Shown one piece after another: positions 45,361 to 52,596 of a stretch of 64,000 nucleotides of DNA. Position 1 is the stretch's first letter. Every line of letters starts with the position of its first letter. Source of the stretch: a virus. Below the pieces are notes generated by a model that was not told where the DNA came from, made no database searches, and was given only the letters and a program-made list of their open reading frames with translations. Made by a program: the position numbers and the translations under genes. Location: IMG/VR virus record IMGVR_UViG_3300037047_000121, one strand, 5' to 3'.

Positions 45361-45372
45361 GGAAAGGGCAAT

Positions 45373-45615
45373 ATGGCGGCTCCGCGGATTCCGACGCTGT
45401 TCCTGGGAGACATGGTCGAGGTCAAGTCAGGTCGACACGAGGGGAAACGGGGGACGGTCATCGAGGTCATCCCGGATCTCGGAAAGGATCAGAAACCCGA
45501 TCCGAAGATCGTCATCCAGCAGGATGGGGGACATACCCTCAAGGTGTCCGCAATCGAAACCCGCCTCGTGAAGCGCGGTAGCGTGCTCCCCAACGTTCCT
45601 TCGGACGAAGAGTAG
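45373..45615 (+). CDS. small KOW-like protein
   Basis: GDMVEVKSGRHEGKRGTVIEV resembles a KOW motif. Confidence 0.45.
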   Translation: MAAPRIPTLFLGDMVEVKSGRHEGKRGTVIEVIPDLGKDQKPDPKIVIQQDGGHTLKVSAIETRLVKRGSVLPNVPSDEE

Positions 45616-45660
45616 GTCCAATCATCCCTCCCTTGGAGTAGACCCCGGGGAGGAGGTGCT

Positions 45661-46059
45661 ATGGACCTGTTTCAGCCACTGACGAGCGCCCAACAAAGCT
45701 GCTCCGAGACCTGCCCCATCCTGGGGATCGTTCGAGACCAGCTTATGGCCGGGAACTGGGGGATGGCGATCCGCTATCTCCGGCAACTAGGGGTGTGCGG
45801 AATCCGGTTGGCCGACTGTCATCCAGAACTGAAACCGCTGGAAAAACATCTGGTAGAGGAAGAGCGCCAACGGATCAGCGACATCTGGCAGAACGCCTTC
45901 CACGGTGCTGTTCAGGTCGACTTCGTTTGCGCGAATCAGGTCAAAATGCAAGCCCTCCAGGCTGCGATGCAGGTCTCGGATATCGTTCCGATGTCGTTCA
46001 ACATCCGACCCGTTGAAGATGGCCACTGGGACCGGATGCGCGTCTCCATTGAAATCTAG
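45661..46059 (+). CDS. hypothetical protein (132 aa)
   Basis: ATG with GGGAGGAGG RBS; degenerate promoter motif upstream. Confidence 0.5.
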   Translation: MDLFQPLTSAQQSCSETCPILGIVRDQLMAGNWGMAIRYLRQLGVCGIRLADCHPELKPLEKHLVEEERQRISDIWQNAFHGAVQVDFVCANQVKMQALQAAMQVSDIVPMSFNIRPVEDGHWDRMRVSIEI

Positions 46060-46069
46060 GGGGAGTTCC

Positions 46070-46714
46070 ATGACGAAGAGTGAACTGAAAAAGCAGTACC
46101 TGCGGCTGGCCGAGGATTATGACGTCCTCAAGGACGAGGACCTCGAGGAGATGACGAACCAGTCCTTGCGGGCTCTGGCTGAGTCCTCGCGGGAAGAGCA
46201 GATCCGGTTCCTGGAGGAGCATGTCGACAGCGACGATCTCTTCAACGATTACATTGAGGAGATCCTGCCGCCCCGGGAAACGGAGTCTCAGAAGCGCAAG
46301 TTCATCCGTGACGGCATGGAAAACCCTACGATTCTGGACCAGCTTGTCGAGGTCTGCGAGGAGGCACAGTATCAGGAAATGTCGAGTCTTCCCGTCCCCG
46401 ACCTGTTCGAGCGCCTTCGTGATCGGATCGGACCCACTCGGGAAAACGAGATCAGGAAAAGCGAAATCGAGAGGGCGGCAGAGGACTTCGACCCCGACTT
46501 TTTCGGAGATCTCAACCCGGAGGAGTTCTTCGAGAAGGCGTATGAGATCCTCGGTCCCGCTCTGATCGAGGAGCGGATCGCGGAAACCCGAACGGATCAT
46601 GAGATCCCGGAGGAGGCTCTCTCCGACGACGTGGGTTCCGACGAGGCTCTGCTTCGGTCCCTGATCCGCAAGCACGGGCGCGAGAAGGCCCGTCGTATGA
46701 TCGAGTCACTCTGA
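46070..46714 (+). CDS. acidic hypothetical protein (214 aa)
   Basis: internal ATG with GGGGGAG RBS; about 30% D/E. Confidence 0.55.
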   Translation: MTKSELKKQYLRLAEDYDVLKDEDLEEMTNQSLRALAESSREEQIRFLEEHVDSDDLFNDYIEEILPPRETESQKRKFIRDGMENPTILDQLVEVCEEAQYQEMSSLPVPDLFERLRDRIGPTRENEIRKSEIERAAEDFDPDFFGDLNPEEFFEKAYEILGPALIEERIAETRTDHEIPEEALSDDVGSDEALLRSLIRKHGREKARRMIESL

Positions 46715-46983
46715 TGAAAGTCACACTGGGCAAAGAGGGCTGTTCCAAAACGTGGCAGGATGACTTCCCGGAAACGACGGCGTGTCGTCGTTGTGGGGGT
46801 TTGTCCCGCATCGCGTTCGTGGCTCATGAGGGCATGACTCCGGAGGACGATGGTCAACAGTCCGTCGCCAGCCTCCATCAAAACGGGGGTCGGGGCGACT
46901 ACTGGCTGCATGACTACTGTGCCGTAGCGGTGTACTTCTGTCGGGATTGCCTGGAGCCCACGGCGCATTACAACCAGGGGTGA
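46714..46983 (+). CDS. zinc-binding small protein (CRRCGG...CRDC)
   Basis: ATG overlapping upstream stop. Confidence 0.45.
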   Translation: MKVTLGKEGCSKTWQDDFPETTACRRCGGLSRIAFVAHEGMTPEDDGQQSVASLHQNGGRGDYWLHDYCAVAVYFCRDCLEPTAHYNQG

Positions 46984-46987
46984 GATC

Positions 46988-47929
46988 TTAGAATCCGAGG
47001 GACTCCTTCTGATAATCCTCGACTGCTTTCAGGATCCGTCCGACCAACGGATGGCGCACGACATCATCGCCGGTGAACGTGTGGACGTGGATCCCCTCTA
47101 CGTTCCCCAATGCACGCGCAATGTGCGACAGACCCTCAGTGCCGGGACGCAAGTCCGACTGGGATAGGTCTCCCGTTACGATGCATTTCGACCCGTGCCC
47201 CAAACGAGTCAGTAGCATGACCAACTGGGGCCATGTGCAGTTCTGAGCCTCGTCCAAAATGATGAATGCATCCTCTAGCGTTCGACCGCGCATATACGCG
47301 AGGGGGGCGATCTCGATCAGCCCTTTTTTCTGGAATGCCTCCGTAGCCGCTTTCCCCAAAAAACAATGAAGCCCATCAAACAGCGGCTGCAAATAAGGAT
47401 GCACCTTCTCCGCGAAAGTACCTGGAAGAAACCCCAAACGCTCACCCGCTTCAATGGCCGGACGGGTCAGGATAATCCGCTGCACCCGACCTTGTTGGAA
47501 TGCCTGTACGGCACACGAAACGGCAATAAACGTCTTCCCGGTACCGGCCGGGCCGAGGCCGAAAATGATGTCGTGCTGGTCAATAGCCTCCAGGTACTGG
47601 GCCTGCCCCGGAGTCTTTGGTGAGACGGCTGGGTGACTCTTGGTACCTTGGGGACGGGATCTTTGCATGTGTGACCTCACAACTTTGGGTGAAAGCGTCT
47701 GCCCCTTCAGGACACGTTGGAGCGCAAACTGAACCAGTTCCTCCGCGGACACTAAATCCTGCTCGGTGTCTGCATCGAGTAAAACTTTCCGTGCATGCAG
47801 CCTGATCTGGATACCAGGGAGTTGCAGGGCTGGCAGATAATCCTGGAGAACGGTAGAGTTAGGAAGTTTGATGGATTTGTAATAGGCTTTGCGGCTCAAA
47901 ACTCCTCCTTCCCATAGAGACCAGAACAT
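46988..47929 (-). CDS. phoH: PhoH-like ATPase
   Basis: Walker A GPAGTGKT plus conserved PhoH segments (IILTRPAIEAGERLGFLPG, IVTGDLSQSD). Confidence 0.75.
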   Translation of the reverse strand: MFWSLWEGGVLSRKAYYKSIKLPNSTVLQDYLPALQLPGIQIRLHARKVLLDADTEQDLVSAEELVQFALQRVLKGQTLSPKVVRSHMQRSRPQGTKSHPAVSPKTPGQAQYLEAIDQHDIIFGLGPAGTGKTFIAVSCAVQAFQQGRVQRIILTRPAIEAGERLGFLPGTFAEKVHPYLQPLFDGLHCFLGKAATEAFQKKGLIEIAPLAYMRGRTLEDAFIILDEAQNCTWPQLVMLLTRLGHGSKCIVTGDLSQSDLRPGTEGLSHIARALGNVEGIHVHTFTGDDVVRHPLVGRILKAVEDYQKESLGF

Positions 47930-47952
47930 AACCTGACTAGCGGGAGAGACGT

Positions 47953-48831
47953 ATGCGTAGGGCGTTTGTTTTCGATATGGAGACCGGAGATCCGGATGAT
48001 TTTTTCACGTTGGCATTTCTCTGCACACATCCAGATGTTGCACTAAAAGCGGTTACTGTTACCCCGGGCACTCCCCATCAGGTAGGCGTGGTTCACTACT
48101 GTCTGGAACGCCTGGGGCTCCAGATCCCTGTGGGGGCTTTCAACCTGAGTCACGGGGGGGGAGACAAAACGTGCGTGTCCCCGTGGCACTACAACACGTT
48201 CGGCAACATCCCCCCTAGGACGGACGCCCTCCCAGGCTGGCGTGTGCTAGAGGGGCACCTGAACCCCGACACGACGCTTGTGACGGGGGCACCGCTCAAG
48301 AACGTAGGCAAACTCCTATCAGAACGTCCGGATATCAAGTTGGGAGACATCGTTGTCCAGGGTGGGTTCGCTGGGGAGGGTGTAGTTCCGCCGGAACGTC
48401 AACTCCCCAAGTTCAGAGGGAAACGTACCCGCCCGACCTACAATCTGAACGGGGATCCGAAAAGCGCACTGCGGGTGATTGCGTCTACCCAATTCACGCG
48501 TCGACGTTTCGTCTCCAAGAACGTCTGCCACGGAGTCGTGTATGACCAGGAGATGCATGCACGTGTGATGCAAGTGCAGCACCCGCACCCAGGTCTGAAA
48601 CTCATCCAGGAAGGGATGGACAAATATCTCCGGAAACATCCTGAGGGGAAAAAGTTTCATGACCCCCTTGCAGCGTGCTGTGCCATCGACCCGGAGATCG
48701 GTCAGTGGTCAGAGGTGGAACTATTTCGAGAGGGAGGGGAATGGGGCGCCCGCTTGTGTCCCGGATCGGGAGTGGAGATCATCACCGGGTATGACCATGA
48801 GAGGTTCTTGCATGTGTTACTGAGGACTTGA
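47953..48831 (+). CDS. inosine-uridine-preferring nucleoside hydrolase-family protein
   Basis: N-terminal VFDMETGDPDDFFTLAFL matches the IU_nuc_hydro aspartate cluster (DxDxxxDD). Confidence 0.65.
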   Translation: MRRAFVFDMETGDPDDFFTLAFLCTHPDVALKAVTVTPGTPHQVGVVHYCLERLGLQIPVGAFNLSHGGGDKTCVSPWHYNTFGNIPPRTDALPGWRVLEGHLNPDTTLVTGAPLKNVGKLLSERPDIKLGDIVVQGGFAGEGVVPPERQLPKFRGKRTRPTYNLNGDPKSALRVIASTQFTRRRFVSKNVCHGVVYDQEMHARVMQVQHPHPGLKLIQEGMDKYLRKHPEGKKFHDPLAACCAIDPEIGQWSEVELFREGGEWGARLCPGSGVEIITGYDHERFLHVLLRT

Positions 48832-48844
48832 GGTTTCACTCAAA

Positions 48845-48889
48845 CGCGGGGTTTCAACGGTCTGCTGAAAACTGAAACCCCGCTTTTTT
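48845..48889 (+). terminator. rho-independent terminator (11-bp perfect stem + T6)
   Basis: gcggggtttca-N17-tgaaaccccgc-tttttt between convergent genes; overlaps the last codons of the minus-strand gene. Confidence 0.6.
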
Positions 48890-50524
48890 CTTAAGCTCTT
48901 CAGCGAAATCCTGCGGGGTTTTTTCTGTTTTCGGGTGCTCGTCCTTGTATCTCTTGAAAAGTTTCAAGGCACGTTCTTTCAAGGTCCCTTTTTCGGATTT
49001 CTCTTTTTGCTTTTTCTGCTTGCTGTTGTTCTTATGGATGTCCTCGCGGTGTTTCGACGTCACCTGATTCCATCCCCTAGTCATCCAGTCATTGATCATT
49101 TCATGATGGGCATTAATCCGAGCTTGGGTTATTTGATCAGTGATGCGACGAGTGCCGTTAGCCTTATCCTCCTCGTCTTCCTTTCTGATTTCCGACTCAA
49201 TCCGGTCTTTGAGTCTTTTTTCGGTGCGGCGGTAAACTTGGCTCCACTCTTGGTGTCCCCACTCCTGAAGATCCGGAGGCACCTTTTCCTCATAGACTAA
49301 GTCTACCGCCGAGTCATACCACTCTCTGGGAAAATCTATGGGGTTTGCCCTAGCGTGGTATTCCTGAACCCCGAGGTCTTTTGGCCCGAACTTCGGTACC
49401 TTTGGATCTGGTTTATGCTTCTGTCCAGATTTTTTCTCCATTGTCATGGCTTCATGCTGGAGGATCGGGACCAGATGTTTCCGAGTCTCGGGGAACTCAT
49501 GTGCCAGCCGGATGATTTCCTCCCTGAGGACGGAAGCGTTTTTGCCCCGCTGGGTCTTTTTATGATACTTGTCTTTGCGTTTCTTGATCTCATCGGGAAG
49601 GGCAATCGGTTTGCCCTGGAAGTCTTCCCGGTATACACCCGGTAGCTCATCCGCCCGGTCGAGCATCTCTTTCATGGGCATGTCGACCTGGATGACGTTC
49701 ATCGTTCGGGACGGGTCAATCGTCAGAAGTGCCGCCCACCTGTGATGACCATCCAGGATGTGACCGTCACTGGAGATGACAATCTGATCCCCGATGCTTG
49801 GGAACTTTCCTTTCAGGTGAGCATCGGCCATCCCAAACGTTTTGCCCGCTTTGATCTCACTCTGTGTTGCTTTCAGTTGTCCTACGGGAATCTTTTTAGG
49901 CTCGATTTTGACACCCTCAGACTTGAAAGTATCCAGCATCTGTTTCAAAATTGTTCGGTCATCATCCGGATCCGCTCCGGCTTCAACCGCGGCACGACCT
50001 TTCGCACGGGTACCCTCGTCCGGAGTGCCGTCCTTGTTCGTGGCTTTCAGCATCTGTTTGACGGACAGATCTCCCGGGATCTGGGGCATCTTATCGCGGG
50101 ACAATCCCAGGTTCCCCTGGCAGACAGGAGGAGACAGTTTACAAACGTCAGCGGATTTATCGACCCCCTCAATAATCTTTTGAGCAATGTTGATGGCCTG
50201 ATCGATATCATCCCCCACAACGTCAAGGTGATACTCATTGAGTCGGTCCTTGACCTCGGGGGGAATTTTTTTGGCCTTCGCTTTGGCCTTCTCGACTACT
50301 GACGTGCTGGGTGTTTTCCCGTCAGATTTCTCCTTTTGGGATTTCTCTTTTGGTTTTGTTTCCACCACCTGATGGCGTTTGGGATCCGCTTGCGGGTGCT
50401 CCTTCAAATACTCCCGCAGTGCATTTTGACTGGGGAAATCTTTGGCTCGTTTCAGAATGGGCATCAGGTGCCGACGGGTGGCCGGTACCTCTTGCGCCAG
50501 CTTGAGTAGATCGTCTCTCAACAT
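48854..50524 (-). CDS. ParB-like nuclease-domain protein with two copies of a conserved N-terminal-type peptide
   Basis: DGHILDGHHRWAALL (ParB/Srx fold); MLRDDLLKLAQEVPATRRHLMPILK repeated at residue about 330 and at the N-terminus of 50916..51758. Confidence 0.6.
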   Translation of the reverse strand: MLRDDLLKLAQEVPATRRHLMPILKRAKDFPSQNALREYLKEHPQADPKRHQVVETKPKEKSQKEKSDGKTPSTSVVEKAKAKAKKIPPEVKDRLNEYHLDVVGDDIDQAINIAQKIIEGVDKSADVCKLSPPVCQGNLGLSRDKMPQIPGDLSVKQMLKATNKDGTPDEGTRAKGRAAVEAGADPDDDRTILKQMLDTFKSEGVKIEPKKIPVGQLKATQSEIKAGKTFGMADAHLKGKFPSIGDQIVISSDGHILDGHHRWAALLTIDPSRTMNVIQVDMPMKEMLDRADELPGVYREDFQGKPIALPDEIKKRKDKYHKKTQRGKNASVLREEIIRLAHEFPETRKHLVPILQHEAMTMEKKSGQKHKPDPKVPKFGPKDLGVQEYHARANPIDFPREWYDSAVDLVYEEKVPPDLQEWGHQEWSQVYRRTEKRLKDRIESEIRKEDEEDKANGTRRITDQITQARINAHHEMINDWMTRGWNQVTSKHREDIHKNNSKQKKQKEKSEKGTLKERALKLFKRYKDEHPKTEKTPQDFAEELKKKAGFQFSADR

Positions 50525-50536
50525 GGAGTCCCTCCG

Positions 50537-50965
50537 TTAGTCCCGAAGCTGGGCAAGGATTTTCTGAGCCATACTGGAAACTGCGATTTGCACCGCACGT
50601 TCCAACTTGAAAGGTCCAACCAGGACTGAGGGTTCCCCACCGGACAGAGACTGCTGGTAGGCAGCACCCAACACGCCATTGGGCTCGAACCCCAGGTAGA
50701 CATAGTCGTACCCGATATCCGCTGGGATCAGAAGTTTCGCGGAAGCAAACCCGTTTGGTTCTACTGAGGCCCCTTTGAATTTTTTTGCCACCATTTCGAG
50801 TACACTCATGCACCATGCTTGCATGGCATCCCCGAGATTCGTATTGTTTGAGATTGCAAGATTCACATTGCCTCCTAGCCTTTTCGGATCCTGTTTGAGG
50901 AAATCTATAACCGGCCTACCGATTTTTCTGGACATGTACCAGAAAAACGGCGTACCCAGTTTCAT
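50537..50965 (-). CDS. hypothetical protein (142 aa or shorter)
   Basis: ORF; start may be the internal ATG. Confidence 0.45.
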   Translation of the reverse strand: MKLGTPFFWYMSRKIGRPVIDFLKQDPKRLGGNVNLAISNNTNLGDAMQAWCMSVLEMVAKKFKGASVEPNGFASAKLLIPADIGYDYVYLGFEPNGVLGAAYQQSLSGGEPSVLVGPFKLERAVQIAVSSMAQKILAQLRD

Positions 50966-51758
50966 TCGATTTCACCTCAACCCGGCTCCCCGCCCCCGCT
51001 GCGGATTCCAATTTCTTGGCCATCAGGGATGCGTGATCACTGAGCATTCGGCTCTCTGAGTTTTTGAATGTCAGATGCAGTTTCAGGTCACCACCTGGAT
51101 GAGTTGATATCTCAGGGGTGAATTTGCGCTTGGTGGACATCTCTTTGAGCGCCGGGGCTAGACTGGTAGCAGCCTGCTGGACCTCCTCCGGAAGTTTGGC
51201 AAACTCCTGTTTGTTTCTAAACATAGCCGGGGCTTTGGTTTTCGGGACGTCCTGTTTGACTCCTTTGGAAGGCTTCGGTTTGACCACCACCGTAACAACG
51301 TTTTTGTCCCCCGAAGTCACCTCGAAGTCAAACTGAGATTCCCTTTCCCCTAAAGCTTTCTGTGCTTCCTGCAACACATCTTTTTCGAGTTTACGCTGTG
51401 CTGCTGATCCACTGGGCTTTTTCTTGTACGTGTCACTCGTAATCGCTTGAAGCTCGAAAGATCCGTCCTCCCGCTGGGTCAGGTCAAGTAGCTGACGACC
51501 TTTGCCAAGTGCCCGACTGATGGTGTCATATTTCTGATGGAGCATTTGGAGCCCAGAGTCTGCAGTCTCTTTTTGATGCTGCTCCTGGGTTTTTTGCACC
51601 GTATGATTGTGCGGATCTGCCCCGGGATGTTCCTGGAGGTATTTTTTGCGTGCCTCCTCACTCGGATGCTCCATCCCAGTTTTCAACAGAGGAACGAGGT
51701 ACCGTCGAGTTGCAGGAACCGCGTGTGCCAAACGTAGGATTTCGTCGCGCAGAATCAT
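50916..51758 (-). CDS. protein with shared N-terminal peptide (280 aa)
   Basis: N-terminus MILRDEILRLAHAVPATRRYLVPLLK...YLQEHPGADP matches repeats in 48854..50524. Confidence 0.55.
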   Translation of the reverse strand: MILRDEILRLAHAVPATRRYLVPLLKTGMEHPSEEARKKYLQEHPGADPHNHTVQKTQEQHQKETADSGLQMLHQKYDTISRALGKGRQLLDLTQREDGSFELQAITSDTYKKKPSGSAAQRKLEKDVLQEAQKALGERESQFDFEVTSGDKNVVTVVVKPKPSKGVKQDVPKTKAPAMFRNKQEFAKLPEEVQQAATSLAPALKEMSTKRKFTPEISTHPGGDLKLHLTFKNSESRMLSDHASLMAKKLESAAGAGSRVEVKSNETGYAVFLVHVQKNR

Positions 51759-51840
51759 ACCAGCACCTCCTGTCCTACCGGAGCCTATAGACCAAAAACC
51801 AAGCGCGGTTGGTATGGTTCAGACGACAGGAGGATAGGAC

Positions 51841-52596
51841 ATGAAATTGAGGCTAGGGGATTTCGGTTATCTCCAGATGTGGTTCGGATCACACCAGAGC
51901 ATCACTCCTCATCTGGTAGACATCCGGCTTATGCTCTATTGGCCGTATCGGGTAGTCCGTAAATTCCATCTCGGGGAAAAAGGCATCTACCTGAACCCCG
52001 GAGAAATTCTGGGTCGTCTGCCCAATGGGGACTTGCACTACGAAAGGTTTGTGCTGGAGAACAGGTGGCTCCAGGGTGCCCTGGCTGACGGTTTGGTTGA
52101 GCCCCTGTACCGTGTGCCGAGCCGAAAAAACTTGACCTGGGGTGCTTTTCGTGGGTGGGTGCGGCGTTGGCCCAGCATCAAAAAGCAGAGCACCCCGAAT
52201 ACCAACTGGCCATCGTCCACACGTTCCCTCGAGGAGCGCAACGAAACCCAGAAAGATCCTGTCCCGGATGCGTACCCATACACACCAGGGACGGATTCTG
52301 GGGACGCGACGAGGATTTATTTCGGGGGGGCGATCTGCGCTGAACCGGACCCGCCAGTGCTGCACGAGCTACTGGAAAAGATGCGGGAAAACCCCGAGGA
52401 GTTCTCGCCTGATCCCAGACATGGGTACCCGGACTATTTCAACTGGACGGTCTTGTCGAACGACTACTGGATGCGGAAACAGCCAGTAGCGGAGTCCGAG
52501 GATGAGACGGGGATGGAGCTTGAGGTAGGTCCATTCGCAGCGGAGTGTCCGGAACCTCCTCCGGTTCCGGACATTACCTCTCCGGAGAGTGCTTAG
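51841..52596 (+). CDS. hypothetical protein (251 aa)
   Basis: ATG with CAGGAGGATAGG RBS; convergent with the MVP gene. Confidence 0.55.
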   Translation: MKLRLGDFGYLQMWFGSHQSITPHLVDIRLMLYWPYRVVRKFHLGEKGIYLNPGEILGRLPNGDLHYERFVLENRWLQGALADGLVEPLYRVPSRKNLTWGAFRGWVRRWPSIKKQSTPNTNWPSSTRSLEERNETQKDPVPDAYPYTPGTDSGDATRIYFGGAICAEPDPPVLHELLEKMRENPEEFSPDPRHGYPDYFNWTVLSNDYWMRKQPVAESEDETGMELEVGPFAAECPEPPPVPDITSPESA

